Below the pieces are notes generated by a model. The model saw nothing but the letters and a program-made list of their open reading frames with translations. It was not told where the DNA came from and did no database searches. A stretch of 62,042 bases of DNA, filler included, from Choristocarpus tenellus KU-1152 (taxonomy: Eukaryota; Protista; Phaeophyceae), in NCBI GenBank assembly GCA_964200185.2. It is 9 parts of 9 records of this genome, joined end to end, with 100 filler letters (N's around TTAATTAATTAA, not from the genome) between each part and the next. Parts side by side here need not be neighbours in the genome. Positions count along the whole stretch, not along the records: positions 14,576 to 29,698 come from CAXNAD020001055.1; positions 29,799 to 32,522 come from CAXNAD020025293.1; positions 32,623 to 38,030 come from CAXNAD020010879.1; positions 38,131 to 53,454 come from CAXNAD020001018.1; 5 more parts are not named here. The stretch is one strand, 5' to 3'. The translations under genes and the position numbers were made by a program. Positions 27,482 through 38,921 of this stretch are shown here, piece by piece. Numbering within the stretch: position 1 is the first letter of the stretch; every line of letters begins with the position of its first letter.

Positions 27482-29798
27482 TCGACAGGATGCAACCAAT
27501 CCGACAGTTACAAAAACAGTTTACTAAATAGATGCAAGGGGTTGATGGATTGTCGTAATGACATTGGGGGAGGGAGGGAAAATGTCTTGCTAAAAAAGAC
27601 AGGCACTGTTAGTTTTAAGGAGGCATGATAAAGGGGGGGGGAATGTTCCTGCAATAATAGTTGTGATGCATTACAATTCTGTTAAAACATCTTTTGTCTT
27701 GCAGTCGCAATTTTTCGTTTCCTCCTGTGTTCTTCACATCAGCATTTCTCACCTCATTCACACTATTCTTACCCTCTTGTGATACAAAAGCTATCTGAGA
27801 GATGGATAATTTTGTGTGTAAGATGGTAAGGGTTTGTTTGGGGTTGACGTTTTTGTAGTTGCCATTGACATTTATTGCTCGACTATGCTCTGCTGATCTG
27901 GCAGAATTTTGACCATTTGAGTTTGTTTACTCTTGCATCAAAGAGGAGAATTTGATTCTGTTGATGCACCTCCCTTTCCTGAGGTGGTTGTGTTGCTATG
28001 ACTGGGTACTTCGTGGAATAGAGACAGGGGAGTCCTCTTCTGATGGGAGGTTGGGGAAATTGTTAAGGTGTGGATCATAGGCGATCAGAGGGTCATAAGG
28101 GCTTTATAATAACCAGATCTCTTGGAACACCTGTATCGATGAGTGTTAGAATGGTAGCAGTGTGTATATGCCTGTTTTATGTTTGATTTTCTTGATTGGA
28201 TACAATGCTTAAAAGCGCGTAACCTTGTAAGAGTCCCCCTTCCCCCATCCACCCAACACCTACCATGGCACACACCATGTAGCCTTGTGTGAAAGATACA
28301 GCAAAGTTTACACAGAACATGGTAGTCTTCTGTGTGGGATTGGGCTTGCACCACCTAGGCAATGGTAGTTTGAGGGACTTGAGATATGTTTTGGTATTCA
28401 TGTATGAGCAATAAAGTAAGACGGTATAAGCCTGTGCAGGAAGGATCAATTGAAGACGGTGATACGAGCTAAAAGAGATCAATTGCATGTACGATTGCAT
28501 GTAGAATGCTGAACTCCTTTTTGAGAGAAGTCCTCAGGTGGGGGGAGTTTGGTTGTTACGTGTTTACACTGCAAGTACATAACGCCCCACATATACTGGA
28601 GCATGTAGTGAGACACTTATTTGTGGAACAGGTGCGAGAGATAGGTAGTCAAGACAACAAGATAAACCATCAGTGTTGATTGCATGTGCTAAGCACTTGC
28701 ACGTGTATAAAAAATGAGACTTCAGACTTCCATAATATCTACCCATTTGTTTAATGGGATACTAAGGTGTTGTATTTACTGTGCACACAGAGGGTCCGAG
28801 GAAGAACACGCAACATGTTGAAACATCCTAAGTCAAGCACAACATACTCCTCCATTTAATGTATTTGGGTAGTTGAGTATCTTATTATAGGATACCAACA
28901 TCGTTTCGAATACATACATATTTCAAATCAATGCCCAAGATTTGATCTACTGTAATATCAGATTGCAACTAACTGTCAAGGGGTAGCCAAGTAAAATGCA
29001 TCCTTGCAATCTTCATGGTTCCATCCTTAGTTTTTGCACTTGACTCTGAAAGCTGAACTGGATGATATACAAAGTTTCCTGAAGTTAGTGTTGGTTTATG
29101 TGGCAAGTTTAGTACAGAGTTTTGACTGATTTGGCATTTTGATCGAACACGGTTTTGTATTTGAACTGTCAGTGTCCGAGCTCTATAGTCATGGTACGTA
29201 CAACTCCCAGCGTAATCGTTGGAAACAGGGAAGTAAACTCAAGCAGTTTGGGTTTCGTGTAAGTGTCTCAATCGATAATTTTCGAGTTCAAATCACTTGA
29301 ACTACTGTACTCTTGTTGCTGATCTTTTTGACTTTTGTACCCGTTGAAAAGGTGGTTCTTGAAAACTAATACGTCGATAGAGCTTGAAAAGGGTTGGCAG
29401 ATAAGGCACAATAAATATTTATTCCCTGACATTAATTTAATAGGAACACATCATACAAACCACACGCTTTCACTTTCTACATACGTACGTGTGTGAGCTA
29501 TTTTAAGTCAAAGAAGACACCACTCTTGGGGTCTCAACCCTCGCATACCTCATCCCTACTTCCCTTATTTATTGTGAACCTATCTTTGTGGTGGTTGGCA
29601 TCACTAATCACCCCGCCATCCCACAGAACTTACATGCTCTCACAGTGATACTCATAGCGGGGCTCGAAGTTGAGGCCTTGCCTCTATCAGAACCTGACNN
29701 NNNNNNNNNNNNNNNNNNNNNNNNNNNNNNNNNNNNNNNNNNTTAATTAATTAANNNNNNNNNNNNNNNNNNNNNNNNNNNNNNNNNNNNNNNNNNNN

Positions 29799-29861
29799 GG
29801 TTGGGGGTTGGGGGTTGGGGGTTGGGGGTTGGGGGTTGGGGGTTGGGGGTTGGGGTTGGGG
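29799..29861. repeat. (GGGGGTT)n G-rich tandem repeat at a contig start
   Basis: About nine units of TTGGGG(G). Confidence 0.8.
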
Positions 29862-30794
29862 TGTACGTTTTTTTTAATGTGGGATGGGGACAGAGGTGAA
29901 GATGAGATGGTGGGTGGATAGGATGGGACAGGCTGATGGGTTCATTGAGAGCACATGCAAGAGTCTCCTGAAATTGACCAAAAACAAAAAAACAAAAAAA
30001 TTCCTCCAAACAAGTGTTGAGGGGAGAAAGAGGTCTGTAGGAACAAAGGCTCCGATTTTAGTTGAACTCTTGTCCCTGATAAATGGAAAAATATTCAGAG
30101 TATTTTTCAAGAGTCAACGGTGGGCCAAGCAGCGCGACACTCTGAATCTTTTTGAGACGTACTAATGCTTGGCGAATGAATGCTTGTCAACCAGAGATGT
30201 GAAATGTAGGATTAGTAGAGCCGGCTTAATGAAATGAGCGCCAGAGAAACGGATGGCGATACCAAGTATTGAAAATATGCTGTCAGTGGTATGTCTGTAC
30301 CTTGGTGCTATAATATTTGTAAGTGTGTAACCCTTGTATTGGTCTGGTGAGATCCTCCAATGTGTTGTTCACGGGAATATTAGATCTATTATATTTGAAT
30401 GTTAGATTCGTGCTTGTAATCGTCGCCGCGCGGCCGATTTTTGTTTAAGGTGGTAGTGTGATAGATGTCACTTGTGTACAGGATGTTTGTTCCTTTGAGA
30501 AGGTTTGTCCCCTGCTTGTTTCCTATCTCGTGGTTGTGTTGTGTTTTGGACCAGTCTAATATGTTTGTTTTTTTTCCTTTTCTCTCTAGTGTGAGGAATG
30601 GTAAGGCGTTTCTCGAGGACAACATTCGTTGCACACTGCACACGCACAGGCACAACGCACTTTGAATTGACTGGAAAATGTATTACTTACGGTGAAATCA
30701 AATAAAAAACAAAAAATCATGAGCTGCCCCTCCCCCCCCCCCCCCTTCCCTTGTCTGTCCTTACGACACATGTCACTTTTCAACGTGACTGAAG

Positions 30795-32264
30795 GCGTAC
30801 TACAGACCTGTTAACCGTGATCTTCAGCGTCTGGAGAGCGTCAGTCGCTCTCCTATTTTTGCCCAGTTCTCTGAAACTCTCAACGGGGTTTCTACTGTAA
30901 GGGCGTACAACCAGCAGGTAAGCAGTATGGCTTGCAGCGCATATAGTACAGTACGTTGAGTTATTTGTCAAAAGTGTTAGAGGGTGGAAATGGAAGGCAG
31001 AGTATTCTAAGGAGGTGTTGGATTGGAGGGGATGAGGATGGTGTGTGTGAGGGAGGGGGAGGGGGAGGGGGAGACGCTTGTTGAGTATTCGAGTGATGTC
31101 TATTCTGATAAAGGGAATGTGTGTTCTATGTACGTGTGTGGAGGGTGGAAGGGGGGGGAGATACATGTTTCGTTTGTCCTGAGGGAGCAAACATGGGGTA
31201 TCAATGTGGTATGGGTGGTGTGGGGTGCTAAAATGCATATTATTATTTTTTTCATTAATCCTAACCCTCTCTCTTGATTGTGTAGCTGTTCTCCTATCCT
31301 CTCTGACCTTCTTCCCCTGCTATTGCTTTTCCTTACTCCTTTTTCCATCACTGTTTGTATGTGTCACACGGCGGCGATCAGGAGGCTGTATCATACCTTC
31401 CCTCAAATCACTCAATACATCCCGACCATTTCACAGCACACACACACACACACACACACACTGCTGCAGCTGTTGTTGCCGCTGTTGCTGCTGCCATTAT
31501 TATTTTTGCATCTGCTGTAAATATAATACATAATATCTGTGCTGGTGTTGATTGTTTCTTATTCATTTTATTTTTTATTCTTTTTATTTTATTTTGTCAG
31601 GATGAGTTCATTAGGCAGAATTCTCACCGACTAGATCAGAGCACCAGGTCCTACTACCACATGCAAGTGTCCAACAGGTAAATGAGTTGTCTAGGAGGTT
31701 GTGAGGTTGTGAGTTTCATATCATAGTGAGGGGTAATGGTGGGTAGGGGCTGGGGTTGACAGAGATGTCGCCTCTAACATTTTGCTTTCGAGTGGTAAGA
31801 TTAGTAGAGAGATGGATGGGAATGCTGATTGGGGTATTTTTTTGTTATTGTCTCTGCAGCAGTTATTTGTTCGTTCTTTGTGCAATAATTGCTACTTTGT
31901 GGGTATGGGCAGGTTTCCATACCTTACATATTTTTTAATACTCGTGCATTATTGTTTTTGTGTTATCCAGCAAGGCGTTTGTTTCCATGAAGATTCTCTC
32001 CTCTTTGTTCCAGAGGATGCGAAAACAATTTCCCAGTAGTTTTTATTTTTTCCTCTCCTCTTGATTGCTGTTTGAAACCGACTGACTTCTCCCATTGTGT
32101 TAATTTATATATCACATGTGTACAGGTGGCTCCAGCTACGACTGGAAATGCTCGGGAACTCATTGAACCTGACAGCTGCCTTGCTGATCATCCTCAGCAA
32201 GGAGGCGTCTTTCTTCAGCATCAATGCTGGTGTTGCTGGGCTCATCCTCACCTACACGCAGCAG
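30795..32264 (+). CDS. ABC transporter C family (MRP-like), three internal exons of the second transmembrane domain
   Basis: Exons 30795-30917, 31601-31677 and 32126-32264 give AYYRPVNRDLQRLESVSRSPIFAQFSETLNGVSTVRAY...NRWLQLRLEMLG...AGVAGLILTY, which are ABCC signature segments. Confidence 0.92.
31438..31495. repeat. (CA)n microsatellite followed by a degenerate (TGC/TGT)n repeat
   Basis: Directly visible in an ABCC intron. Another (CA)n run lies at about 4110-4128. Confidence 0.8.
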
Positions 32265-32622
32265 GTATAGGCCGCCCTAAATGTTTTGTTTTTTTTTCTG
32301 CTGGTGTGTAGGTATGTATGTACTTACACATAGGTATGATTGTAACCTTACCTTTGTAACGCCTTTGGATACATAAGTGTGTTCTGTGTTGGAAGAAGTT
32401 GCAAGTGGAGTGAGTGCTTTGGCAGCACAATCGGAGAGAGGGGTGGGGGGTGGGGGGCGGGGGGGGGGGAAGAGGAAGGAGGAATGATGTGTTAATTAAT
32501 CTTCGCTACTCTATTGCCGTTGNNNNNNNNNNNNNNNNNNNNNNNNNNNNNNNNNNNNNNNNNNNNTTAATTAATTAANNNNNNNNNNNNNNNNNNNNNN
32601 NNNNNNNNNNNNNNNNNNNNNN

Positions 32623-33110
32623 CCATGTGGGGGGTGACACCATCTTGCTGAACGGCAACGTGCTTCCCCTGCAACCAAGGCACCTTGGTCTTGATTGCAG
32701 GCAGTAGCTCCTCAGTGTACCACTTCCTGTACCACAAATGGTCTAAAGTACAGTCTTGCTCATGCACATCCCCCTTTTCATCGTTCTTGCTTGTCCTGTC
32801 TGCCGTTTTTGGCGAACACACACCCCAAATACCAAGCTTCCCATCAAAGCTGTGAGCCAAATCTGGGCGGGTGTTGGCTGCAATTAATATGGTTTTGGGG
32901 GTATGACTCTTGTGCTGCACGGTAGGGAACTGGAAGGTCGCTACCATCCTCATCTGGAAATACTGTAACCCTTTCCCCATTGGTCATAACGTAAATCCAG
33001 GTTTCAGCAACATGGATCGCGTTTACCATGGAAGCATACACAACACGTTTCCGGTCCACTTGATCCCAAAGAAAGTCCATTCTGTTCGATTAGACTCTTC
33101 CAACTCTATC
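32623..33110 (-). mobile_element. DD39D (plant-type) mariner transposase relic, central part, frameshifted
   Basis: Reads IHVAETWIY (degenerate HxDEKWF) ... HKSHTPKTILIAANTRPD ... FDGKLGIW ... LLPAIKTKVPW ... VQQDGVTPH. Confidence 0.85.
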
Positions 33111-33349
33111 GGACAGTTATGGTAAAATATGTATGGAGTAACAGAACAATCAATTACTGGTTGAGTTATCAGAACACTTTACTAGTGATTAGTTGAATGA
33201 GAATTTTTCTAATATTAAAGGAAATGTTTCTGATTTTATGGGACATTGCATGCCCCACCTAACTTTAATCAATCACTCTACAGACACCAAGCAATCTCGC
33301 TGGGTTTATCACCTTTATTCTCTTGATGATTTTGGGGATACTTTAACAG

Positions 33350-33760
33350 CACATACAGTGTACATCATGTTCACCGTGGAGCTTCGGGGTCAGAAACCAC
33401 ATTGTTCTCCATGAAGGTCTCTCCCGTTCATGATCATACCCCATCCGTCATGGATCAACTTTGAGAAGGACATCGCCATCATATGACACCAATTATATGT
33501 CTTGTAGTTGCCATAATCAGTGCAGTCCTTCTCTTAGTAGAGTACGGGGACGACCTCATCTTTCCGGACCTGTGACACGACTTCCTGGTTCCACACAGCC
33601 AACACAATCAACCCTATGGAAACTGTGGAGGATAGCCACGTCCCCCTGTAGGCCAAGCTTTAGGAGCTTGACTGGAAGATTGTTTGGACTCGTATTCTTC
33701 CAATTTCCCATTGGCAGAGGTGCTGCAGCCACTTCCACTATCGTTGGGAGTGTCGAGAGG
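33350..33760 (-). mobile_element. RTE-clade LINE reverse transcriptase relic
   Basis: Across frameshifts it reads MGNWKNTSPNNLPVKLLKLG..ILHSFH / IVLAVWNQEVVSQVRKDEVVPVLY*EKDCTDYGNY / EQCGF*PRSSTVNMMYTV, matching RT domains 0-2 (GPDxLPxELLK, VPQxWKDA, CGNYR, EQCGFRPxRST). Confidence 0.75.
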
Positions 33761-34601
33761 GTCATGGGTGTGGGTTGTTGGTTGATGTAAGCCTATGCAA
33801 TTCCTATCTGTACGTTACAGTACCCCCTCGCGTCTTCGCTTGTAGGCTCTTCCACGCACTGGCACATAAAAAGATTACCAAAGCAAAAATGTTTCAGTAT
33901 TGGGTTTTATGGTCCCTATCACGTACGCACAGTACTAGAAAAGGGGAAGTTTATGAAGTAATCTGAGTTTTAGGGGTGGAGAATTCCGGAAGGAATGAAT
34001 GGGGAATGGAGTGATAGTTAGGGTATATAGAAAAGTAATCAGAGGGTGGACGAAGAGTTAAGTACTGGGTGGGTAGGAGGCAGAAGAGGGAGAAGTTAAA
34101 ATAAATCGGTGGTAGGTGGAAGCGTGAGGTAGGAAGTTATGGATCAGAACATAACAAAAACTTAAGGTTGGTGGGACAGGATAAGCAGGCTAGAAAAAGG
34201 CAATCTCCGAGATAATCTTTCCCACCCGACCACCCTTCCGATTGCTCACGACCGACTGGGATGCTGGGGAACGGGGGGGGGAGGTCAAGTTTGGGCAGGG
34301 TATATGTTTTCTAGTTCAAAGGCACGGTGTTGAAGTGGATGATGAAGGGGGGTTCTTGGATTATTGTTCGGTGATGTTGAGCAGTGTTGAATGGTGTGGT
34401 GAAGTGGTGGAAGGTGTTGTGGTGTTGAGTGGTGTTGAGTGATATGGTGGAGGGGAAAGTGGTAGAAAGTGTCATGGGGTCGAGTGGTGTTGACTGGTGT
34501 TGTGGAGTGGAAAGTAGGGTTGAGTGAGGTTGAATGGTGTGGTGGAATGGGAATTAGTGTGGGGTTGAGTGGGGTGAATGGTGGGGTGAAGTGCAAAGTG
34601 G

Positions 34602-34812
34602 TGGTGACTGGAAATTAGTGGCGAAGGAGTCGCACTGGCTGGTCATCGGATGTGGTTGGTGACTGGAAATCAGTGGTGAAGGGGTTGCACTGGTTGGTCA
34701 TTGAATGTGGCTGGTGACTGGAAATCAGTGGCGAAGGGGTCGAACTGGTTGGTCATGGGATGGATTGGTGACTGGAAGTCATTGAGAGAGGGGCTGCACT
34801 GGTTGGTCACGA
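34602..34812. repeat. 55-bp minisatellite, about four copies
   Basis: Unit TGGTGACTGGAAATCAGTGGCGAAGGGGTCGCACTGGTTGGTCAT... starts at 34602, 34657, 34712 and 34766. It is preceded by GT-rich low-complexity DNA from about 34320. Confidence 0.85.
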
Positions 34813-35584
34813 GTGGTGTTACAATGGGGGGAAAGAATAGGTGGAATACAAACAAAGGATAATTACTAATAATCCAGAATCTGTGAGTAAAGCAGACCAA
34901 GCAATTCCTATCCTTGCAAACCTATTTGTTAAAAAAAAATAGTAAAATAAGAAAACTTGCCAACACCGGCTCTCTAGATTTTTCTTGGCTAGTTGTTTGA
35001 AGTTCGAGTTCAGATGATAAATTTCACCATCTTTTTGGGTTCCTCTCACGTACAAAAACCAAGTAATTCTGGTCCATTCATCTCTCCGTCTCTCTGTACG
35101 TTACCATTGCCAGGTCAAGCCCTTGTGTGTAGTTAGAATTGTATATATGTAGGAAATATTTGGACCCAACACCTTCACTTCGGCATATTGGCTCCCTCAC
35201 ACGCAAAGATGAAGGGAGTCGCGCCAACCTCCCTCCTCTCTCCTATCCCTCTCCCTTTTGTATATGTGCAACTATTGATAGCAATGTGATCATTAAGTAC
35301 CCCAAAGCAATGATCGTTACAGCAATACACCCAGCCAGAATGTTAAGATCGTCGAAAGAAAGCATATGAGCTAAATCAATTGAGAGGTACGCAGGTTTGG
35401 ACCCTTTTGCATTCAAAGCCATCATCTTTCTTACCCTGTGCAATAAGCTCTACTTCATTGTCGTATGTGCACAATAATGTTGCCAAAAAATTGTACATAA
35501 TTTGTATTCTTCTTGCTAAGAATTTACGACTTAGACACCAAACTAGAAATTAAAACACATCATTCAGAACATGATGGTTTGGCT

Positions 35585-35760
35585 CATAATATCTAAAGGG
35601 GGTGTGGCGGCTGTCCATTTGGGGTCATTTTTTTCATGTCGCGATTTTTGGGTGATTTGGTTGCATACGTCAAATGCATAAGGTAAATGCACTTTTCCGG
35701 ATTTCGACCCAAATATGGACACCCTGTTGTAGACCCCCCTCCCCCTCCCCAGATACTTCA
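35585..35760. mobile_element. MITE subfamily A copy, inverted relative to 440-609
   Basis: GGCGGCTGTCCATTTGGGGTCATTTTTTTCATGTCGCGATTTTTG ... TGGACACCCTGTTGTAGAC ... CCCCAGATACTT is the reverse complement of the 440-609 copy. Confidence 0.75.
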
Positions 35761-37016
35761 ACCCCCTCAAGATGAACAAATGTTTTCTTCACCATAGTTT
35801 ATAGAGCTAATACATCAGTATGCATAAAAAATTTACACGCAATGTTCCTTTCTCCCTCACTGTCACCATTGCCAATATTATGTTGGCTTAGGGTTAGGGT
35901 CATGTTGCCATTCACCTCTATTTTTGTCGTTGTTGTTCTTATGATGGATTTTAATTATTTTTTCTTAAAAATTATTATCACCAGCGTTATTGATATTGGG
36001 TTTTTTTGTATGTATCGTTAATTTTAATCCTGGCATCACTCTCCTCATCCCCTGCACCTCCTTGCCCCTCTGCTGTCTCTTCCATGTCGACTCTTTGTTA
36101 TATGTTGTCCCTTCTGCCACGCCACCCCACCCCCCCATTTTTTACTTTCTTGGTGGACATGCCGTTGCGGCCTCTGCTTCAAAAAGGACGGGAACCAGGA
36201 GACCCGAACTAGCGCCAAGGCCATCACATTTGTCCTCCTTAAGTCGGTGTGTTTTTATTTTATTGAAACATTGTTCCTAACAACCGACCCATCTTCACTC
36301 TGGTACTCTATCCTGCACCTCCCTGCTTCATAGGGTAGTGCAGGCTTTTCTCCTTCACTTCTCCCAAAAGAGATCTAGTACCATTGTTATCCTAGTCCAA
36401 CCTTAGACAGGGTGTGTACTTACTTGCATGGATGTCTAATCTGAACTGTAGCCCTTGTCTCCCATCTCTTTTGAGAACAAGGACAAACTCTCTCAGGAGC
36501 CGCTTGCCCTCTAGAGACAGATCCCAATATTCACATTTCTGGAGTAGTATAATAGTATTCTGGGAGTGTAAAAGTGGGGTTTAAGGGGGTAGGAGAGATT
36601 ACAGGGAAAAGATATCTCATTCGCCAGGTGGCGACATATAGGCCATTCCATGGTTATAAACATTTTTCCAATACCTGCACCCACACAAAATAGTTCAAAT
36701 TATCATTAGTTAATCTTGTCAAGAGTCTTTGTTCCAACTCTACTCTCTGCATCCTACCTAGTGCACCTTACTTGCGGGTTTGACAGCCTCACATCCAAGT
36801 CTGATCTAAGTTCAGCGGAGCTCTAGCTATACAGTAGTAATCAACCCAACGAGGGAACCACCCTCCTCACTGAAATGTGCCATTTCCCCCCCCCTAATTG
36901 TTTGTATGTATGTGTCTCATCATGCCCATGCACACTCTTGACACAAGTGAAAAGGTTTGCATATTTGATAACGATGTGGAACACAAATCTCTTCCCCATG
37001 GTCACACCATGTGCAG

Positions 37017-37418
37017 GGCCTGATCGACAAGAAACGACTCCGAAAAAACCTACCTGAACATCTGCTTGAACGCCTGGAACGAGAAATCAACAGCACCTCT
37101 CTTGCTGTAGGACACGATTTCACTGCCCCACAAGAAGCGAAACAAAGTAGGCGCTTCTCTGGATCAGCACAAGTGGTATCATCTTCCTCCAAGCACCACA
37201 TTAGAAGCAGGGGGCATGGTGGAGGCGGAGGGATGAGTGGGATCACCACTGGGAAACTCTGTAACCGTGATGGTGAGGGTGTCAAGGACATTGGTACCAC
37301 TGGGAGCTCAACATGGCCACAGCCAGGACTTGGTTCAGTGCAGCTTCCTTCTACCCCGGGTTGGGACTGCTCTTCCTCTGACTCTGGGATGTTGGCAATT
37401 GCAACAACAGATGTGCAG
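37017..37418 (+). CDS. Probable internal exon of an unknown protein
   Basis: A 402-nt open frame bounded by CAG| and CAG|GTACGA (GLIDKKRLRKNLPEHLLERLEREINS..., then Ser/Gly-rich). No family recognised. Confidence 0.5.
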
Positions 37419-37522
37419 GTACGATATCTACGTGCTATTGCATGCAGTTCATTTTGTGACTGGAGGTGTGGACTCAGATAAACTCTGTGAACACTGGGAA
37501 TAATGAAAAGGAAATTGTGAGT

Positions 37523-37772
37523 GAAAATATCTTAGAGGGCAAGATTTCTTCCCTGTTTGTCCATTTGGGACTTGGCTTCCCACGGGTTTTAAGGACACTC
37601 TACCTACTCCAAGATGTTTCGGAGTAGGTAAAATGTATACGTTACGAAAAGGTGTGTCCGGAATAAGGATATTGACATCTCGTAACAAACACGATATCTA
37701 AAATTACATCAAAATTGCAACATTGGATTTTGTCTCCCAAAATGACGCGGCTCTACCCTCTAAGATACTTTG
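37523..37772. mobile_element. MITE subfamily B, about 250 bp
   Basis: Termini GAAAATATCTTAGAGGG ... CCCTCTAAGATACTTTG. It shares GTCCATTTGG and the terminal AGATACTTTG with subfamily A. A second partial copy lies at 53555-53609. Confidence 0.7.
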
Positions 37773-38130
37773 ACTACAGGTACCTTATAAGTCAGTCAAT
37801 GTTGAGAGATGTTTCTGCTTGTTGACAAGAGTTGACACGTGGATAACATCTTCTTCTCATCAATTTCATGCGAAGTGTATCCCTCATCACTTCTTCCCTT
37901 GTGATGAACCTCACAACTCACCCTTTTCTGTTCTCCATTACCTTTCCCATCTTCCTATCCCCCACCCCCCCGCACTCCTCTCCCCCATCGCCTACACTAC
38001 CCCCACGCCACCAGGAGCAACACCAAAGAGNNNNNNNNNNNNNNNNNNNNNNNNNNNNNNNNNNNNNNNNNNNNTTAATTAATTAANNNNNNNNNNNNNN
38101 NNNNNNNNNNNNNNNNNNNNNNNNNNNNNN

Positions 38131-38725
38131 CCACCTAACCCACTCATCCACCAGCAATAGTGTAGCTACTGCTGCAGCCGAGGCACGAAAGCACACCCAC
38201 TACGAGGGCTCCTTTGATCCTCGTAGTTATAACCTCAAAAAACCTTTGCGGTGGAAATTTTTGGGCACCTTGGCAAGCAAGCGGAATGCTTCCTGGATGA
38301 GCTGGCTACTCACATGGTGGGGGGGAGAGGAGCTGGAGGATATTGTAGGAAAGGAGTAGTCAAATCCCGGATACGCCAAATTGTTTCGGTGACCATGCAA
38401 GTGGCATTGTCTAGACGTGTCATGCACTTTAAACTAGAGTCACCAGGGAGATGGGCACGGAGGGGTTTGTTGGATTCTTGGGATGCCCCTAGCTCTCCCT
38501 CCCGGGGCGCAGGAGTAGGTAGATGGGAAGCACAGGAAGGCAGTAGTACAATATTAATAGTGGTGAAGTAACTGTGTTTTTCACACTTGCAGTGTTTTAT
38601 AGTGATTTTAACATTTATGATATTTTATTTCTTTAGGGTTTATACTGACGTATGTATAGTTTTCATTTGTTTGCTTCCATATTATTATGCCCTCTGACAT
38701 TTTGCTGTGTGTCGGGGGAAAAAAA
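38131..38725 (+). mobile_element. 3' end of a non-LTR retrotransposon with a restriction-like endonuclease (CRE/R2-type)
   Basis: Reads AAAEARKHTHYEGSF... / (PLA)VEIFGHLGKQAECFLDELA...IRQIVSVTMQ (KxxKY and PxxVExxGxxG motifs), followed by an AT-rich 3' UTR, a terminal stem-loop and an A tract. Confidence 0.75.
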
Positions 38726-38921
38726 GGAATCATATACAAACCAACGCTCCTATCTTCTTCTACCGATATATCGATTCACCCATCCCCAATTCAAAACATC
38801 GAAACATTTGGTAGATTGAACCCAACTCGATCAATGTCTTGAAGTTGTATAGGGTGGTATCTCATAGAACAAACAGGCTTTGGAGTGTTTGACAACCTAC
38901 ACTCTCTCTGCACCAAGAGCT

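Noticed and set aside
27482-29698. Short ORFs downstream of GLDC and most other 60-110 aa ORFs in the track
   Set aside because: No motifs or consistent splice structure; they are expected by chance in introns and intergenic DNA, or are antisense shadows of real exons.
29799-29861. True telomere with a variant repeat
   Set aside because: The G-rich strand points into the contig, and internal exons of a gene lie about 1 kb away.
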